Positions 18,145 to 28,199 of a stretch of 55,615 bases of DNA are shown one piece after another. This stretch comes from Salinarchaeum sp. GTDB taxonomy: Archaea; Halobacteriota; Halobacteria; Halobacteriales; SKNY01. Every line of letters starts with the position of its first letter. Position 1 is the stretch's first letter. The notes under the pieces are model-generated. The model made no database searches and was not told the origin of the DNA. It worked only from the letters and a program-made list of their open reading frames with translations. Where the stretch lies: the NCBI GenBank assembly GCA_007123105.1, contig SKNY01000004.1, positions 1-55,615 of the forward strand. The letters run 5' to 3'. The position numbers and the translations under genes were made by a program.

Positions 18145-18774
18145 ATGCGGATTGCCGTCTTTGGTGCCTTCGGTCAGACGGGTCGCGCCGTGTGCGAGGA
18201 AGCCCTCGACCGTGGCCACGCCGTCACTGCACACATCCCTCCAGAGGACGAGTTCTCCATCGAGGCGGATGGCTTGAGGGTCGTCCGGGGCGAAGTGTAT
18301 AATGGCGAAGGGGTCGAGGCCGCAGTAATGGACGCCGAGGCAGTGGTAAATGTACTCGGGAAACGACGAGGGTCGCCATCCGATCTCCTGAGCGTTGCTG
18401 GCGAACACGTACTCTCGGCAATGGCAGCCGAAGGGATCGATCGGTACGTGGTACTGCTTGGGACCGGGGTGCGGGCGAACGGCGAGTCCGGATCACTGAG
18501 CGAACGCGTCATGCGGGTGCTGTTGAAATTACTTGCACAGGACGTGCTAGCTGACTCAACCGGCCATGCCCGTCGCGTACAGGCGTCCAACCTCGATTGG
18601 ACGATCGTTCGTGTCTCGCGACTCGTCGACCAAGAACCGATCGGACGATATCGGATCGGTGACATTCAGAGTGGAGTAGTCGGGATCAATCGAGCAGATG
18701 TCGCGATGTGTCTGATTGACCGGGTTGAGGCGGACGATTTCATTGCGTCCATGCCAACGGTTGACCACGGGTGA
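18145..18774 (+). CDS. NAD(P)H-binding, NmrA/BVR-B-like SDR-family oxidoreductase
   Basis: N-terminal Rossmann motif MRIAVFGAFGQTGRAV. Length is about 210 aa. Confidence 0.75.
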   Translation: MRIAVFGAFGQTGRAVCEEALDRGHAVTAHIPPEDEFSIEADGLRVVRGEVYNGEGVEAAVMDAEAVVNVLGKRRGSPSDLLSVAGEHVLSAMAAEGIDRYVVLLGTGVRANGESGSLSERVMRVLLKLLAQDVLADSTGHARRVQASNLDWTIVRVSRLVDQEPIGRYRIGDIQSGVVGINRADVAMCLIDRVEADDFIASMPTVDHG

Positions 18775-19087
18775 TCCCGTAGCCAGTCGGGGAACATGGA
18801 CTCGGTCTTTGTTTCACTACATCAGGTGATCCAGTATCGGGGTGAAGCGTATGGGGACGCAGATCGAAATCCTTCGATGGAGGTGCTTCTGGCGGTCAGA
18901 ACGGAAAGCCAATGTTTTACCCACCGGGATGTCACCGAGGAGAATCGTGCACGCTGCTCCGATTGCTGCTGAGTAGGAGAAACGTCGAGAGGTAAATTAG
19001 CGATCCCATGACTGCCACCATGTAACCAGTCGCTGATGTCTAGAGCTGGGTGCATATTCATAAGGGTGACATGCGAACGTATACCTC

Positions 19088-19792
19088 ATGGCGCGTCTCG
19101 AATCGGCAATCCGGTATCCCAGTACCCGCGAAGATTGGTACATCGTCATCGCCATCGGCGGCGTGTTGACCCTCTTATCGTTCCTCATCCTCCCGTTGAT
19201 TTTGGTATACGGCTATCTCGTCCGACTAATTCGTGAGCGGTTGACAGGCGCGACTGAACCACCGCCGTTCGAAGACTGGACGGACCTGTTCGTCGATGGG
19301 ATCCAGGCGTGGGTGATCGGGTTAGTCTATCTGTTAATCCCACTCCTGATCGTAGTCGCGACGGTGGGTGGGACGTTCCTGAGCGTGATCATGGGCGGGG
19401 AGACGGTCGGCATTGGTACGATCCTCGGCATGTTTGGGGGACTATTCGTCGCGGGCGTCCTCGCCTTGGTGTTCTGGTACGCGGCAGCCGCGGGCATCGT
19501 TAACTTCGCGCGCACTGGCTCATTGGCTGCAGCATTTGCCGTGGCCGACATCAAGCCAGTGCTGTTAGATCGACGGTACGCGGTCGCCTGGCTACTCGCG
19601 CTGGTAATCATCTTGGCCGCCGGATTTATCGGGGCGATGCTCAGTGCAATCCCGGTGATCGGCACCATCATCGCGGCGTTCATCGGCTTTTACGCCCAGA
19701 TGGTTGCAGCCTTATTCTGGGCAGATGGGTTCGCTGAATCGCGAGAATCGGGTGTCGAGCCCCGGGATGTCGTTGAGGAAACGACCGCCTGA
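19088..19792 (+). CDS. DUF4013-like integral membrane protein
   Basis: The N-terminus (YPSTREDWYIVIAIGGVLTLLSF...VYGYLVRLIR...PPPFEDWTDLFVDG) matches the family pattern as I remember it. The protein is multi-TM. Confidence 0.65.
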   Translation: MARLESAIRYPSTREDWYIVIAIGGVLTLLSFLILPLILVYGYLVRLIRERLTGATEPPPFEDWTDLFVDGIQAWVIGLVYLLIPLLIVVATVGGTFLSVIMGGETVGIGTILGMFGGLFVAGVLALVFWYAAAAGIVNFARTGSLAAAFAVADIKPVLLDRRYAVAWLLALVIILAAGFIGAMLSAIPVIGTIIAAFIGFYAQMVAALFWADGFAESRESGVEPRDVVEETTA

Positions 19793-19852
19793 GACCGAAC
19801 CCCTCTGCGAACCGGAACGACAAAGCAACGCGGCCGTCGTCTCCCGTTCATC

Positions 19853-20770
19853 GTGTTCGCCGCCGTCCTTTGGGTCCTCTTTGGAGAAGGCATCATCGTG
19901 CGGAGTCAATCGCTACTCCCGGAAACGGTCGGGTATCTGCTCGTCCTCGCGACGTTACTCGGCGAACCATGGATATTTGTCATACTGCTCTCAGGTGCAC
20001 TCTGGTTTGGCGACGCCCGTCGAATCGCCCCGTTGTTCGGGTTTGTGTTCGGAGGACTGGCGCTCGTCCTCGTACTCAAATCCGTTGTCGGGCTGCCGCG
20101 GCCGGCGACGGGTCCGCTTCTCGCCGTTGACGCCGTCCATCCGGCGGTCAGATGGGGATACACATGGGCAATCGGCGGTTCAGGCTATGGCTTTCCGAGC
20201 GGCCATGTCGCTGGTGCAACGATTGCGTGGGGCGGTCTGGCCACTGCGACATCGGTTTGGACGTGGCAACACCGTTGGTTTGTTGCCTCAAGTATCGTGG
20301 CGATGGTTGCCCTTTCGCGGGTCCTGTTGGGTGTCCATTACCTTGGGGACGTACTCGGCGGCCTCGGTATCGGCATAGCTGTCATCGGTTGTTATCGTTT
20401 CCTCGTACGCAACGAGATCGCGCCGGCAGTCATCGCACTCGGATCCGGGGTCGTAGTTGCCGTGGCCGCGATTTCAGTCTCGTCAACGGAATCCGAACCG
20501 TATCTAGCTGCTGGCGCGTTACTGGGTGGTCTCATCAGCTGGATCGTTTTCGCCGATCATACAGCTTCACTACCACGTAACTCGCGCGGGATAACCCATG
20601 CCGTGCTCGGTACGGTCGCAGTCCTCATTGCCGGCGGTGGCGTCGTTGTGGCCGTACCTGGTCAAGCAGGGATTGTAGCTGCCGCGGGGGCGATGGGCCT
20701 CTTTATTTTGGCCTGGCCAACGTTCGTTGGGGTCCTCGTACCCGGGAACCGACGACAGTTAGGCTCCTGA
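19853..20770 (+). CDS. PAP2-family membrane phosphatase
   Basis: The three PAP2 motifs are present: KSVVGLPRP, PSGH and SRVLLGVHYLGD. Confidence 0.8.
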   Translation: MFAAVLWVLFGEGIIVRSQSLLPETVGYLLVLATLLGEPWIFVILLSGALWFGDARRIAPLFGFVFGGLALVLVLKSVVGLPRPATGPLLAVDAVHPAVRWGYTWAIGGSGYGFPSGHVAGATIAWGGLATATSVWTWQHRWFVASSIVAMVALSRVLLGVHYLGDVLGGLGIGIAVIGCYRFLVRNEIAPAVIALGSGVVVAVAAISVSSTESEPYLAAGALLGGLISWIVFADHTASLPRNSRGITHAVLGTVAVLIAGGGVVVAVPGQAGIVAAAGAMGLFILAWPTFVGVLVPGNRRQLGS

Positions 20771-20784
20771 CTGGCGTAAGGTAC

Positions 20785-21959
20785 CTACGCACCGTCGATT
20801 GCGACTGCCGTCAACCGGGGGTCGCCCTGAAACACGACGAGATCATCGACGCCATCGGCAGTGAGATCAATTGCGACCGGTCGGGGGAAGATCCCGGCAT
20901 CGAGTCGTGTTCGAGATCGGATCGTCCCGTCTTCAAGGTCAAGCACTGCGACGGTGCCGTCGGAGGCACACACCACCAGAAGCGGATCATCACCGGCGGC
21001 CTTCGCCCGAATCGGTCGGACAAGCTGCTCGTCGGCCACGACCGTCCGTGACCACCACGTCGTCCCATCAATGACGTCAAGGGCGTATACAACCCGTCTG
21101 GTGTGGTGGCCCACACCGTGGTGTCGTCCATTGCCCCGACGTGTCCGTCGAGGGTCGGTCGGTCATCCGGCGCTCCCAGTGTATCGTACCACCCTCGACG
21201 TCAATCGCAAAGACGAGCCGCCGGCTTGCGACCACAAGCATCTCGCGAACGAGGGCCCAGGACAGGGCTGCATCCGGTTGGTCTGCCTGCCACCGCAGTT
21301 CGCCAGCGTGATCGAGGCAGCTGATCGTCGAACCGGCGTTGACCAGGATAGCTGACATGCCATCGAGAGCGGCGACGATCGGCGAGACAAACGCGTTGTC
21401 GCCAACCGACCGGGGCCATCTAGGTTCACGCTCAGGCGACAGCACCACAAGCTGGCCCCGGAAATCACCGACCACGATGGCGGACATTCCGTTGGCGGTG
21501 GCCCTGACGGGTGCGGCATATTCACTGTGATTGAGCACCTCGACTCGGAGTCGTGCCGTACCGGTGACCGGGTCGTACCCGATGACTGCGTGCCAGTCGT
21601 TCGTCGCGAGAAACCATTCATCGCTCGCGATCGTGCCTGCACTCACGTCGCCGATCGCGTGGGCAGAACAACCGGGCGGTGGAACGTTGTCCGTCCATCG
21701 CCGCTCCCCGTACCCGTCATATGCAGCAACGTCATAGGCTCACCCCCTCCCCCCTTCCTCGTCGTTTCGGGACACGGCGATCCACACCCCCTTCCGCGAT
21801 CCGAACAGCTGCCGGAGCGTGGTGATTGCCGGTATAGATTGTCATCGGCTCAGTTGACCACAACGTCGATGACCCGCCTTCGAGCCGATCGGACCGAATG
21901 CGACCGGCAGTCGTGGTGAGACCCACGTTGCCGAGCCACGAACGGCGGGTTAGGGCCAT
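20785..21959 (-). pseudogene. Tat-secreted PQQ-like beta-propeller repeat protein, disrupted
   Basis: Tat start MALTRRSWLG at 21959. There is an in-frame TGA at 21740-21742. Frames shift at about 21150-21165 (a gaccgaccgacc repeat) and about 21088-21100. The three frames together spell ...IHWERRMTDRP / TLDGHVGAMDDTTVWATTPDG / VVYALDVIDGTTWW. A further shift near 21800-21850 is probable. Confidence 0.7.
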
Positions 21960-22046
21960 GGAAGTAGAAGATGTTTGCCAGCAGCGAGCAACAACCCTTG
22001 ATATCCACGGCCAAACGTTTAACTTTCTGCTGAGGGGGGATTCGGC

Positions 22047-23378
22047 ATGCCAGCACCATTCGCCGTTGCGCCCTTCGAGTGCGATGCGACGCCGGACATT
22101 GGACACCCGATCGCCTACGGGACCGTCGAGGGTGTCGATGACCCGCTTTCCTGTCGGGGCGTCGTCCTGTATCCGGACGGGTTGCCGATCGTACTCGCGA
22201 CCATTGACTGGATCGGATTATACCACAATGGCTATGATCTATTCCGGACAGCCCTCGCCGATGCAGCTGGAACCAGCCCCGAACGCGTGGCAATCCATAC
22301 AATCCATCAGCACGAGGCGCCTGGATTCGACGCGACGACCGAAACAATGCTGTACGGCCACGGGATCGAATCGTTTCGAGTCGATCCGCGTTTCGCTAGA
22401 GAAACGATCCGAGCCGCGGCCGATGCCGTGCGGGCTGCGAACTCATCCCCGTGCACGCACGTCGGCGCTGGTGTTGCCGCAGTCGATCGAGTGGCGTCGA
22501 ACCGGCAGGTTCTCGGTCCGGATGGAACGTGTTGTTATGTCCGGTACACGAGTGGAGGGTCTGATTTCGAGTTTGCCCAGCGCGCCCCCGAGGGTGTCAT
22601 CGATCCCGAGCTTGTTGCCGTCGGCTTCTGGAACCATGAGGAGCCAATTGCCGCACTCACCTACTATGCGACCCACCCACAGAGCTATTACCGCAACGGA
22701 CTCGTCACCTGCGATTTTCCGGGTATTGCTCGGAATCGCCGCGAGTCGGAGACGGGTGTGCCACACATCCATTTCACGGGTGCCGCAGCGAACGTCACTG
22801 CGGGAAAGTACAACGACGGCAGCGAGGAGTTGCGGCCGATACTCGCCGATCGAGTCGCAACTGGCATGCGTACCGCCTGGGAGAACGCGAACCCCCGGCC
22901 GATCAACGCCAGTGATGTGGCATGGACAGTCGAGCGGGTCGGATTGCCCCCGTCTGCTGACCTCGATCGAGCCGAACTAGTCGACGGTATCGCCGAGGAA
23001 TCCCCGGGACCCCCGGCCAGAGGCCTCGCCTGGCTCCGCCGGTGCGATCTCGGTCATCGGATCCCGATCACCGGGCTCCACCTTTCCGGTGTAACGGTGC
23101 TCCACCTCCCTGGCGAACCCTTCGTGGAATACCAACTCGCCGCCCGGGCACTCGATGATACACAAACGATTGCCGTGGCGGGCTACGGCGACGGTGGACC
23201 CGGCTATCTACCCACCCGAGCCGCATTCCCCATGGGTGGCTACGAAGTCGACGTCGCGAAGGTCGACCCTGCCGTCGAATCGATGCTCCAGCGCGCGATC
23301 GAACGCATAGTGGGCGAGTCCATGGGTGACCGGACGCCATCGGCGATTACGAACTCGAAACCGCGGGTCGACCAATAG
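22047..23378 (+). CDS. Hypothetical protein, possibly a neutral-ceramidase-like metallohydrolase fold
   Basis: 443-aa acidic ORF. The N-terminal pattern (ECDATPDIGHPIAYG...PLSCRGVVL...IHTIHQHEAPG) is reminiscent of the ceramidase N-domain. This is a weak, by-eye assignment. Confidence 0.55.
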   Translation: MPAPFAVAPFECDATPDIGHPIAYGTVEGVDDPLSCRGVVLYPDGLPIVLATIDWIGLYHNGYDLFRTALADAAGTSPERVAIHTIHQHEAPGFDATTETMLYGHGIESFRVDPRFARETIRAAADAVRAANSSPCTHVGAGVAAVDRVASNRQVLGPDGTCCYVRYTSGGSDFEFAQRAPEGVIDPELVAVGFWNHEEPIAALTYYATHPQSYYRNGLVTCDFPGIARNRRESETGVPHIHFTGAAANVTAGKYNDGSEELRPILADRVATGMRTAWENANPRPINASDVAWTVERVGLPPSADLDRAELVDGIAEESPGPPARGLAWLRRCDLGHRIPITGLHLSGVTVLHLPGEPFVEYQLAARALDDTQTIAVAGYGDGGPGYLPTRAAFPMGGYEVDVAKVDPAVESMLQRAIERIVGESMGDRTPSAITNSKPRVDQ

Positions 23379-23419
23379 GATGCCAACAGCTATCACGGCC
23401 CACGTACAGCCCTCCCTCC

Positions 23420-24403
23420 ATGCAGCTTACCCTGGCACTACCACCATATCCCGACGACCGCTGGACCCTTGCCAGCCAGATGAGTGTCGAGTACGCCCAT
23501 CCGCACTCGGCGATGAGCGGGGACGGGCTCGGCAGGCACGAACGGCGGCGGAACGTTCCGCAGGACTATGACGAGTTGGTGCGTCTTCTCAACGCTTTCA
23601 AACACGAGGGACTCTCGGTGCCGGTGGTCGGATCGGCAGGGACAATGGGAGATGCCACCCGACTCGGTCGTGACGGACGTAATGAGGAGATTGAGGCGTT
23701 TTGTGGGCACATTCAGAACGCGGGAGCCGCGGGCATCCCCGTCGTAACGTACAGCTGGATGACCCACTTCTGGTGGATGCGGACCGACGAGCGCGTACCC
23801 CTCCGAGGCGGATCACTGTCGACGGCCTATTCCCATGCACAGTCCGAGCGCGGACCAGAGGTCGACGTGGACGCTGATGACGAGGACCTCTGGGAGGCAC
23901 TCAAGCACTTCCTCGACATCGTCGTGCCCGTGGCCGAGAAGGCCGGTGTCAAGCTCGCGCTACACCCAGACGACCCACCGCTCTCGCCAGTCCGTGGTGT
24001 CCCACGGATCATCCGGAGTCCAGCGGCGTACGACCGGGTACTCGAGCTCCATCCGAGTCCGTCGAACGGCATCTCGTTTTGCGTCGGGAACTTCGTCGCT
24101 ATGGAGGCCGACGTACCCGCGATGATTCGACGTTTTTCCGATCATATCGCGTACGCACACTTTCGTGACGTGGACGGCTCCGCCGAGGAGTTCATCGAGA
24201 CGTGGCACGATGCGGGACCGACCGACATGCAAGCCGTCCTGAAGGCGTTTGTGGACGTCGGGTTCGACGGGCCGATCCGACCAGATCACGTCCCCACAAT
24301 GCTTGGAGAATCGAACGAACGCCCAGGTTATGAGATGCAGGGTCGCATCTTCGCGGTTGGCTACATGCGAGGACTCCTCGAATCGATGGGGGTCGAAGCA
24401 TGA
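23420..24403 (+). CDS. uxuA: Mannonate dehydratase (UxuA) family protein
   Basis: The C-terminal half aligns by eye to E. coli UxuA: VPVAEKAGVKLALHPDDPP...GVPRII...IRPDHVPTMLGE...PGYEMQGRIFAVGYMRG. Confidence 0.8.
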   Translation: MQLTLALPPYPDDRWTLASQMSVEYAHPHSAMSGDGLGRHERRRNVPQDYDELVRLLNAFKHEGLSVPVVGSAGTMGDATRLGRDGRNEEIEAFCGHIQNAGAAGIPVVTYSWMTHFWWMRTDERVPLRGGSLSTAYSHAQSERGPEVDVDADDEDLWEALKHFLDIVVPVAEKAGVKLALHPDDPPLSPVRGVPRIIRSPAAYDRVLELHPSPSNGISFCVGNFVAMEADVPAMIRRFSDHIAYAHFRDVDGSAEEFIETWHDAGPTDMQAVLKAFVDVGFDGPIRPDHVPTMLGESNERPGYEMQGRIFAVGYMRGLLESMGVEA

Positions 24404-25698
24404 CGGAACTCGCGGTCAATGGCGGCGACCCCACCGTCACCATCGACCAGCTGGAACGCTGGGAACGACCGGTCGATCGGCACATCGAGGCAGTCACCAA
24501 CCTGATCGATGCTGGCGAACTCTCCGGTGCTGGCGCCGGCCTCCCACAATCGATTGAGGAGGACTTTGCCGAGTACACCGGGGCCGACTATTGTCTCTCG
24601 ATCGATCATGGCTCTACGGCGTTAGCGAGTGCGTATTACGCGGTCGGCGTCGGACCCGGTGACGAGATCATCACACCTGCAGCGGGGTACCTCGGTGCGT
24701 ACGCCGGTGCATTACACATGGGCGCTCGACCCGTGTTCGCCGAGGTCGATCCCGATACGCTGCTTGTCGATCCGACAGCCGTAGAAGGACACATTACCGA
24801 TCGAACGGCCGCAATCAATCTGATCCACAAGCAGGGACGGGTGTGTGATATGGACGCTTTCCTCGAGTTGCGAAACCGATACGACATCCCCATCGTCCAG
24901 GACTGCGCCCACGCCCATGGTTCGGAGTGGCGTGGTGAGCACGTTGGATCATTGCCGGATATTGCGTGTTTCAGTCTCCAAGGCGTATCCCCGAACGGCA
25001 AACCCATCGCTGCCGGAGAAGGAGGCTTCGTTACCACGAACGACCGGGAATACTACGAACGGCAGCTCTCATACTGTCACCTCCACCGACGCGGCATCAC
25101 CGACGAACTAACCATGTCGCCATACGACCGCCTCGATCGGCAGGTCCTCGGAAGGAAGTGGCGGGCGCACCCACTCGCACTGGCAATCGCAGCCATCGAA
25201 CTCGAGTCGTTACCCGACCGCGTCGCCGGTCGACTGGCATACCGGGACGCCCTGTTCGAAGCCCTCGAGCCGGTAGCAGGCCTTCGGCCGGTTACACCGT
25301 ATGAGCACTCGGACACCGATGGGATGTACGGCGGTCTTCGCGTCGTGTACGACCAGTCAGCCCTCGATGGTCTCTCAGTGGAGCGATTCGTCGAGGCAGT
25401 CAGGGCAGAAGGAGTTCCGATGAGTGGACCCAGCATCGGTCATCTCGAACACCGACGGTCGATCACCACTGAGGGATACGACCTCTGGGGCAAGGGTCGT
25501 GGACCACTTGGCGACGCGTGGTGTGGTTTGCCGCCCTTCGAAGGGTATGAACCGGGAGAGTTTCCGATCACAGAGGAACTCGACGACAGGGTTCTCCGGA
25601 TCGACTCGTTCATCGATCCAGCTCCGGGGGCAATCGAGCAGATTGTAGGCGCGATCGAGCAAGTCGCAGACGCTGCAGCCGAGATGCGGAGACGGTGA
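24400..25698 (+). CDS. DegT/DnrJ/EryC1/StrS-family PLP aminotransferase
   Basis: DHGSTALASAYYAVGVGPGDEIITPA, CAHAHGS and FSLQGVSPNGKPIAAGEGG. The start overlaps the uxuA stop (ATGA). Confidence 0.85.
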   Translation: MTELAVNGGDPTVTIDQLERWERPVDRHIEAVTNLIDAGELSGAGAGLPQSIEEDFAEYTGADYCLSIDHGSTALASAYYAVGVGPGDEIITPAAGYLGAYAGALHMGARPVFAEVDPDTLLVDPTAVEGHITDRTAAINLIHKQGRVCDMDAFLELRNRYDIPIVQDCAHAHGSEWRGEHVGSLPDIACFSLQGVSPNGKPIAAGEGGFVTTNDREYYERQLSYCHLHRRGITDELTMSPYDRLDRQVLGRKWRAHPLALAIAAIELESLPDRVAGRLAYRDALFEALEPVAGLRPVTPYEHSDTDGMYGGLRVVYDQSALDGLSVERFVEAVRAEGVPMSGPSIGHLEHRRSITTEGYDLWGKGRGPLGDAWCGLPPFEGYEPGEFPITEELDDRVLRIDSFIDPAPGAIEQIVGAIEQVADAAAEMRRR

Positions 25699-26082
25699 GA
25701 TAGATCAGGATAACGAAGCATGTTGTGCGGGCGCTTCGCTGCTAGTCGAAAGGGAGTGAGCGGGAAAGTTGGATCAGTTGGAAGTGGAGGGCCTGACGCA
25801 GGTGTTCATCGATGATGCAGAGCATGGCGCCGACACGATAGCGATCAATGCGAAAGTGGTCAGGTCGGAATGGCCTTGCGAGAGTCAACCAGATCGCTCG
25901 CGGCCACGGCCTGAGGTCAGGGATTGAGGAGTCGCTCCGGGACGGTGCACGAGATTCCAGCAGGACCCATGAATCCGTGGCTAAGCAGTGTATCACGGTC
26001 TATATCCGTGACTGTTCGGAGAATATACAGCGTTTGAATCTTGTAATTATGTATAATCGATAGCGCAATTTCCCAAAGAACT

Positions 26083-28146
26083 ATGACACTCCGAATGATC
26101 CAACCGGCCATGTCACGAGGCAACACGTGGCTGCAACGGGAACGTCCACGACTATATTATCTCAAGCAGGTCCGGTCGATCGGTCGGCGAGAAGTCCTCG
26201 CTGGGGGGTCAGCTGTCAGCGCGGCCGTGCTCGGCGGCTGTCTCGGCGACGACGAGGACGATGACGAGGACATCGAGGATACTGACGATAGTGATGACCT
26301 CGACCCAGCCGACGACACCGACGACACTGACGACAGTGATGACCTCGACCCAGCCGACGACGGCGATGATACGGATGATGACGATTCCGACCTCATCGAA
26401 CGGTATGACGCCATGCCAACCTTCACGATGGGTGGACCGCGGCCTGCAGATGCCGCATACGGGGTCGCCTGGGCCGACGAAGCACTCCCCAACTGGGTAC
26501 TCGGTGATCGGGCCTTTTATTCGCTGTGTGACCGACAGATGGTACCACCGTACGAGGCTCAAAGCCACCTCCTCAGCGAGATTCGCTGGGAACCCGGGTT
26601 TATTGAGATGGACTTTCGAGATGACATCTACTGGTGGAGTGGTAAGCAACTTGGCCCCGACGATTACCTCTCGCTCGTAGAACTCCAGGATTACTGGGCC
26701 GGTGGCGATGATCTCGATTCCGATCCGAATGTGATTGCAAGAGAGCAAGTCGATGAGGAGACGGTTCGGCTCGCCCTCGCCGACACGTGGCGTGAAGAAT
26801 GGGCCATCCAGCAGACGATCTATTCGGGCCGGATCGAATCGAGTACCGATTTTACCCAACCATGGATCGAAGAGTTCGATGACACCGGTGGAGATCTCGA
26901 TGCAATCGATGATGTCAGGGCCGACCTAGACGAACACCGGTCCACGGACGACGACGAAATAATTCACCACTTCAACATCCCGTTCGAGTTTCGTCACGAC
27001 GGGAGTATCGGTGAAGCGACCGAAGATGGATGGGTGCTTGACCTCGTGCCCGAAAAGAACGGCAACACGCGAGGATTCGTCGACGAGATCAATTACGAAC
27101 ATCTCGGATTTCCCGTTCGTGAAGAAGCCGGCGAACATCGGATCGAGCTGTTTCTCGAGGGCACTGAACCGATCACGCGACACTTCGAGTGGGGCCATCA
27201 ACCGGAGGAAGAAATCCCCTTTGACATCCATCTCATTCCATTCGAGGGTGAAGGAACGTACGGGGAATGGGGCTGGAACCTCAACGCCGAACAGCACCCC
27301 ACGAACAGTCCGCAGTTCCGCCGGGCGTGGTGGTTCGCGACCAGAAAATCGGATTGGGACCAACCCACGTGGGTCCCACAGGAACACGGCGGACACCCGT
27401 TCTTCAACGACGAACGTCTTCATAACAACGTGAGCGAAGACGTCATCGACGCGATGACCGTCTACGGAATCGAGGCGGACTGGGATCGTGCGGAAGCAGA
27501 GTTAGAACGTGGGGGCTTCGAACGGAACGCCGACGGGTATTACCTCATGCAGGAAGCCGGGGGACCAGATGGCGAAGCGGGCGCGCCGATCGACATTCAG
27601 ATCGGTCACTACGGCTGGATGCCAGAGGTTTCCGACTACGGCATGGATTGGTTCGCAGACATGGAGGAGTTCGGCATCCAGGCCGAACCCATGCCGGATG
27701 ATTGGGAGAGCGCCTGGCGGATCGAAGGCGACTTCACCGGCGGATTGCTCCCCGAATTCACCTTCGAGAGCATCTTCGGCGAATCGAACCTCGACTGGAC
27801 GGCCCAGAACAATAACTTCGATGAGTCGGTGATGGCCCCAGAGGTCGGCGATGCCGATGCCGATCCTGACGACTGGGTTGAGTACGATACCCGTGCGATG
27901 ACCGACCGCCTCGGGATCACGCTCGAGCAGGAAGCCTACCAGGAACTGGTTGACCAGCTCTCGTGGGTGTCGAATCAACTCATGCCGCGAGCAACCGTTG
28001 CCGCCGACGAACGGACCAAGGTATGTAACGACTATCACTGGAACGTCCTCGATCCGTGGGAGTACCCGGATTATCACCTCCGTCAGACACGCGATCGCAT
28101 GTGGTACACCGGCGCGCTTCAGTACGTCCCCGAGGACGAACGGTAA
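26083..28146 (+). CDS. Tat/lipobox-secreted protein with an Asp-rich linker; probably a family-5-like ABC solute-binding protein without a cognate permease nearby
   Basis: GRREVLAGGSAVSAAVLGGC lipobox. IEMDFRDDIYWWSGKQLGPDDYLSLVEL resembles the SBP_bac_5 signature region. The start is uncertain (26083, 26095 or 26110). Confidence 0.55.
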   Translation: MTLRMIQPAMSRGNTWLQRERPRLYYLKQVRSIGRREVLAGGSAVSAAVLGGCLGDDEDDDEDIEDTDDSDDLDPADDTDDTDDSDDLDPADDGDDTDDDDSDLIERYDAMPTFTMGGPRPADAAYGVAWADEALPNWVLGDRAFYSLCDRQMVPPYEAQSHLLSEIRWEPGFIEMDFRDDIYWWSGKQLGPDDYLSLVELQDYWAGGDDLDSDPNVIAREQVDEETVRLALADTWREEWAIQQTIYSGRIESSTDFTQPWIEEFDDTGGDLDAIDDVRADLDEHRSTDDDEIIHHFNIPFEFRHDGSIGEATEDGWVLDLVPEKNGNTRGFVDEINYEHLGFPVREEAGEHRIELFLEGTEPITRHFEWGHQPEEEIPFDIHLIPFEGEGTYGEWGWNLNAEQHPTNSPQFRRAWWFATRKSDWDQPTWVPQEHGGHPFFNDERLHNNVSEDVIDAMTVYGIEADWDRAEAELERGGFERNADGYYLMQEAGGPDGEAGAPIDIQIGHYGWMPEVSDYGMDWFADMEEFGIQAEPMPDDWESAWRIEGDFTGGLLPEFTFESIFGESNLDWTAQNNNFDESVMAPEVGDADADPDDWVEYDTRAMTDRLGITLEQEAYQELVDQLSWVSNQLMPRATVAADERTKVCNDYHWNVLDPWEYPDYHLRQTRDRMWYTGALQYVPEDER
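26281..26370 (+). repeat. Tandem duplication of a 45-nt unit encoding TDDSDDLDPADD...
   Basis: Units at 26281-26325 and 26326-26370. The first 36 nt differ at one position (35/36). Confidence 0.9.
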
Positions 28147-28183
28147 TCTGCGATCGCAAGTTCTACCGAATATCTTCTGAGTG

Positions 28184-28199
28184 TTCGTCTCGAGACGAA
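28184..28199. repeat. Perfect 16-bp palindrome TTCGTCTCGAGACGAA, extendable to 28181-28202 with one G:T pair, 38 nt after the stop of the 26083 gene
   Basis: Read directly. There is no following T-run, so the role (terminator or operator) is open. Confidence 0.6.

Noticed and set aside
18997-19060. A possible 29-aa hydrophobic micro-ORF (MVAVMGSLIYLSTFLLLSSNRSSVHDSPR) on the minus strand upstream of the DUF4013 gene
   Set aside because: It is too short, and there is no conservation or expression evidence available from the sequence alone.
21088-21165. The closely spaced frameshifts in the beta-propeller gene as programmed ribosomal frameshifting
   Set aside because: There is no slippery heptamer plus downstream structure. 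The gene also has an in-frame stop elsewhere, and the contexts are simple repeats prone to mutation or sequencing error.
25742-25996. An 84-aa minus-strand ORF in the 380-nt gap before the SBP-like gene
   Set aside because: Its composition is basic, it has a GTG start immediately after a stop, and it has no recognisable motif. It may be a relic, but I cannot support a call.
26260-26400. Short periodic repeats that could be mistaken for a CRISPR-like or satellite array (also at 30840-31010)
   Set aside because: They are in-frame GAY/GAC-rich codons encoding Asp-rich linkers inside secreted-protein genes. Only one true tandem duplication is present, and there is no repeat-spacer architecture.
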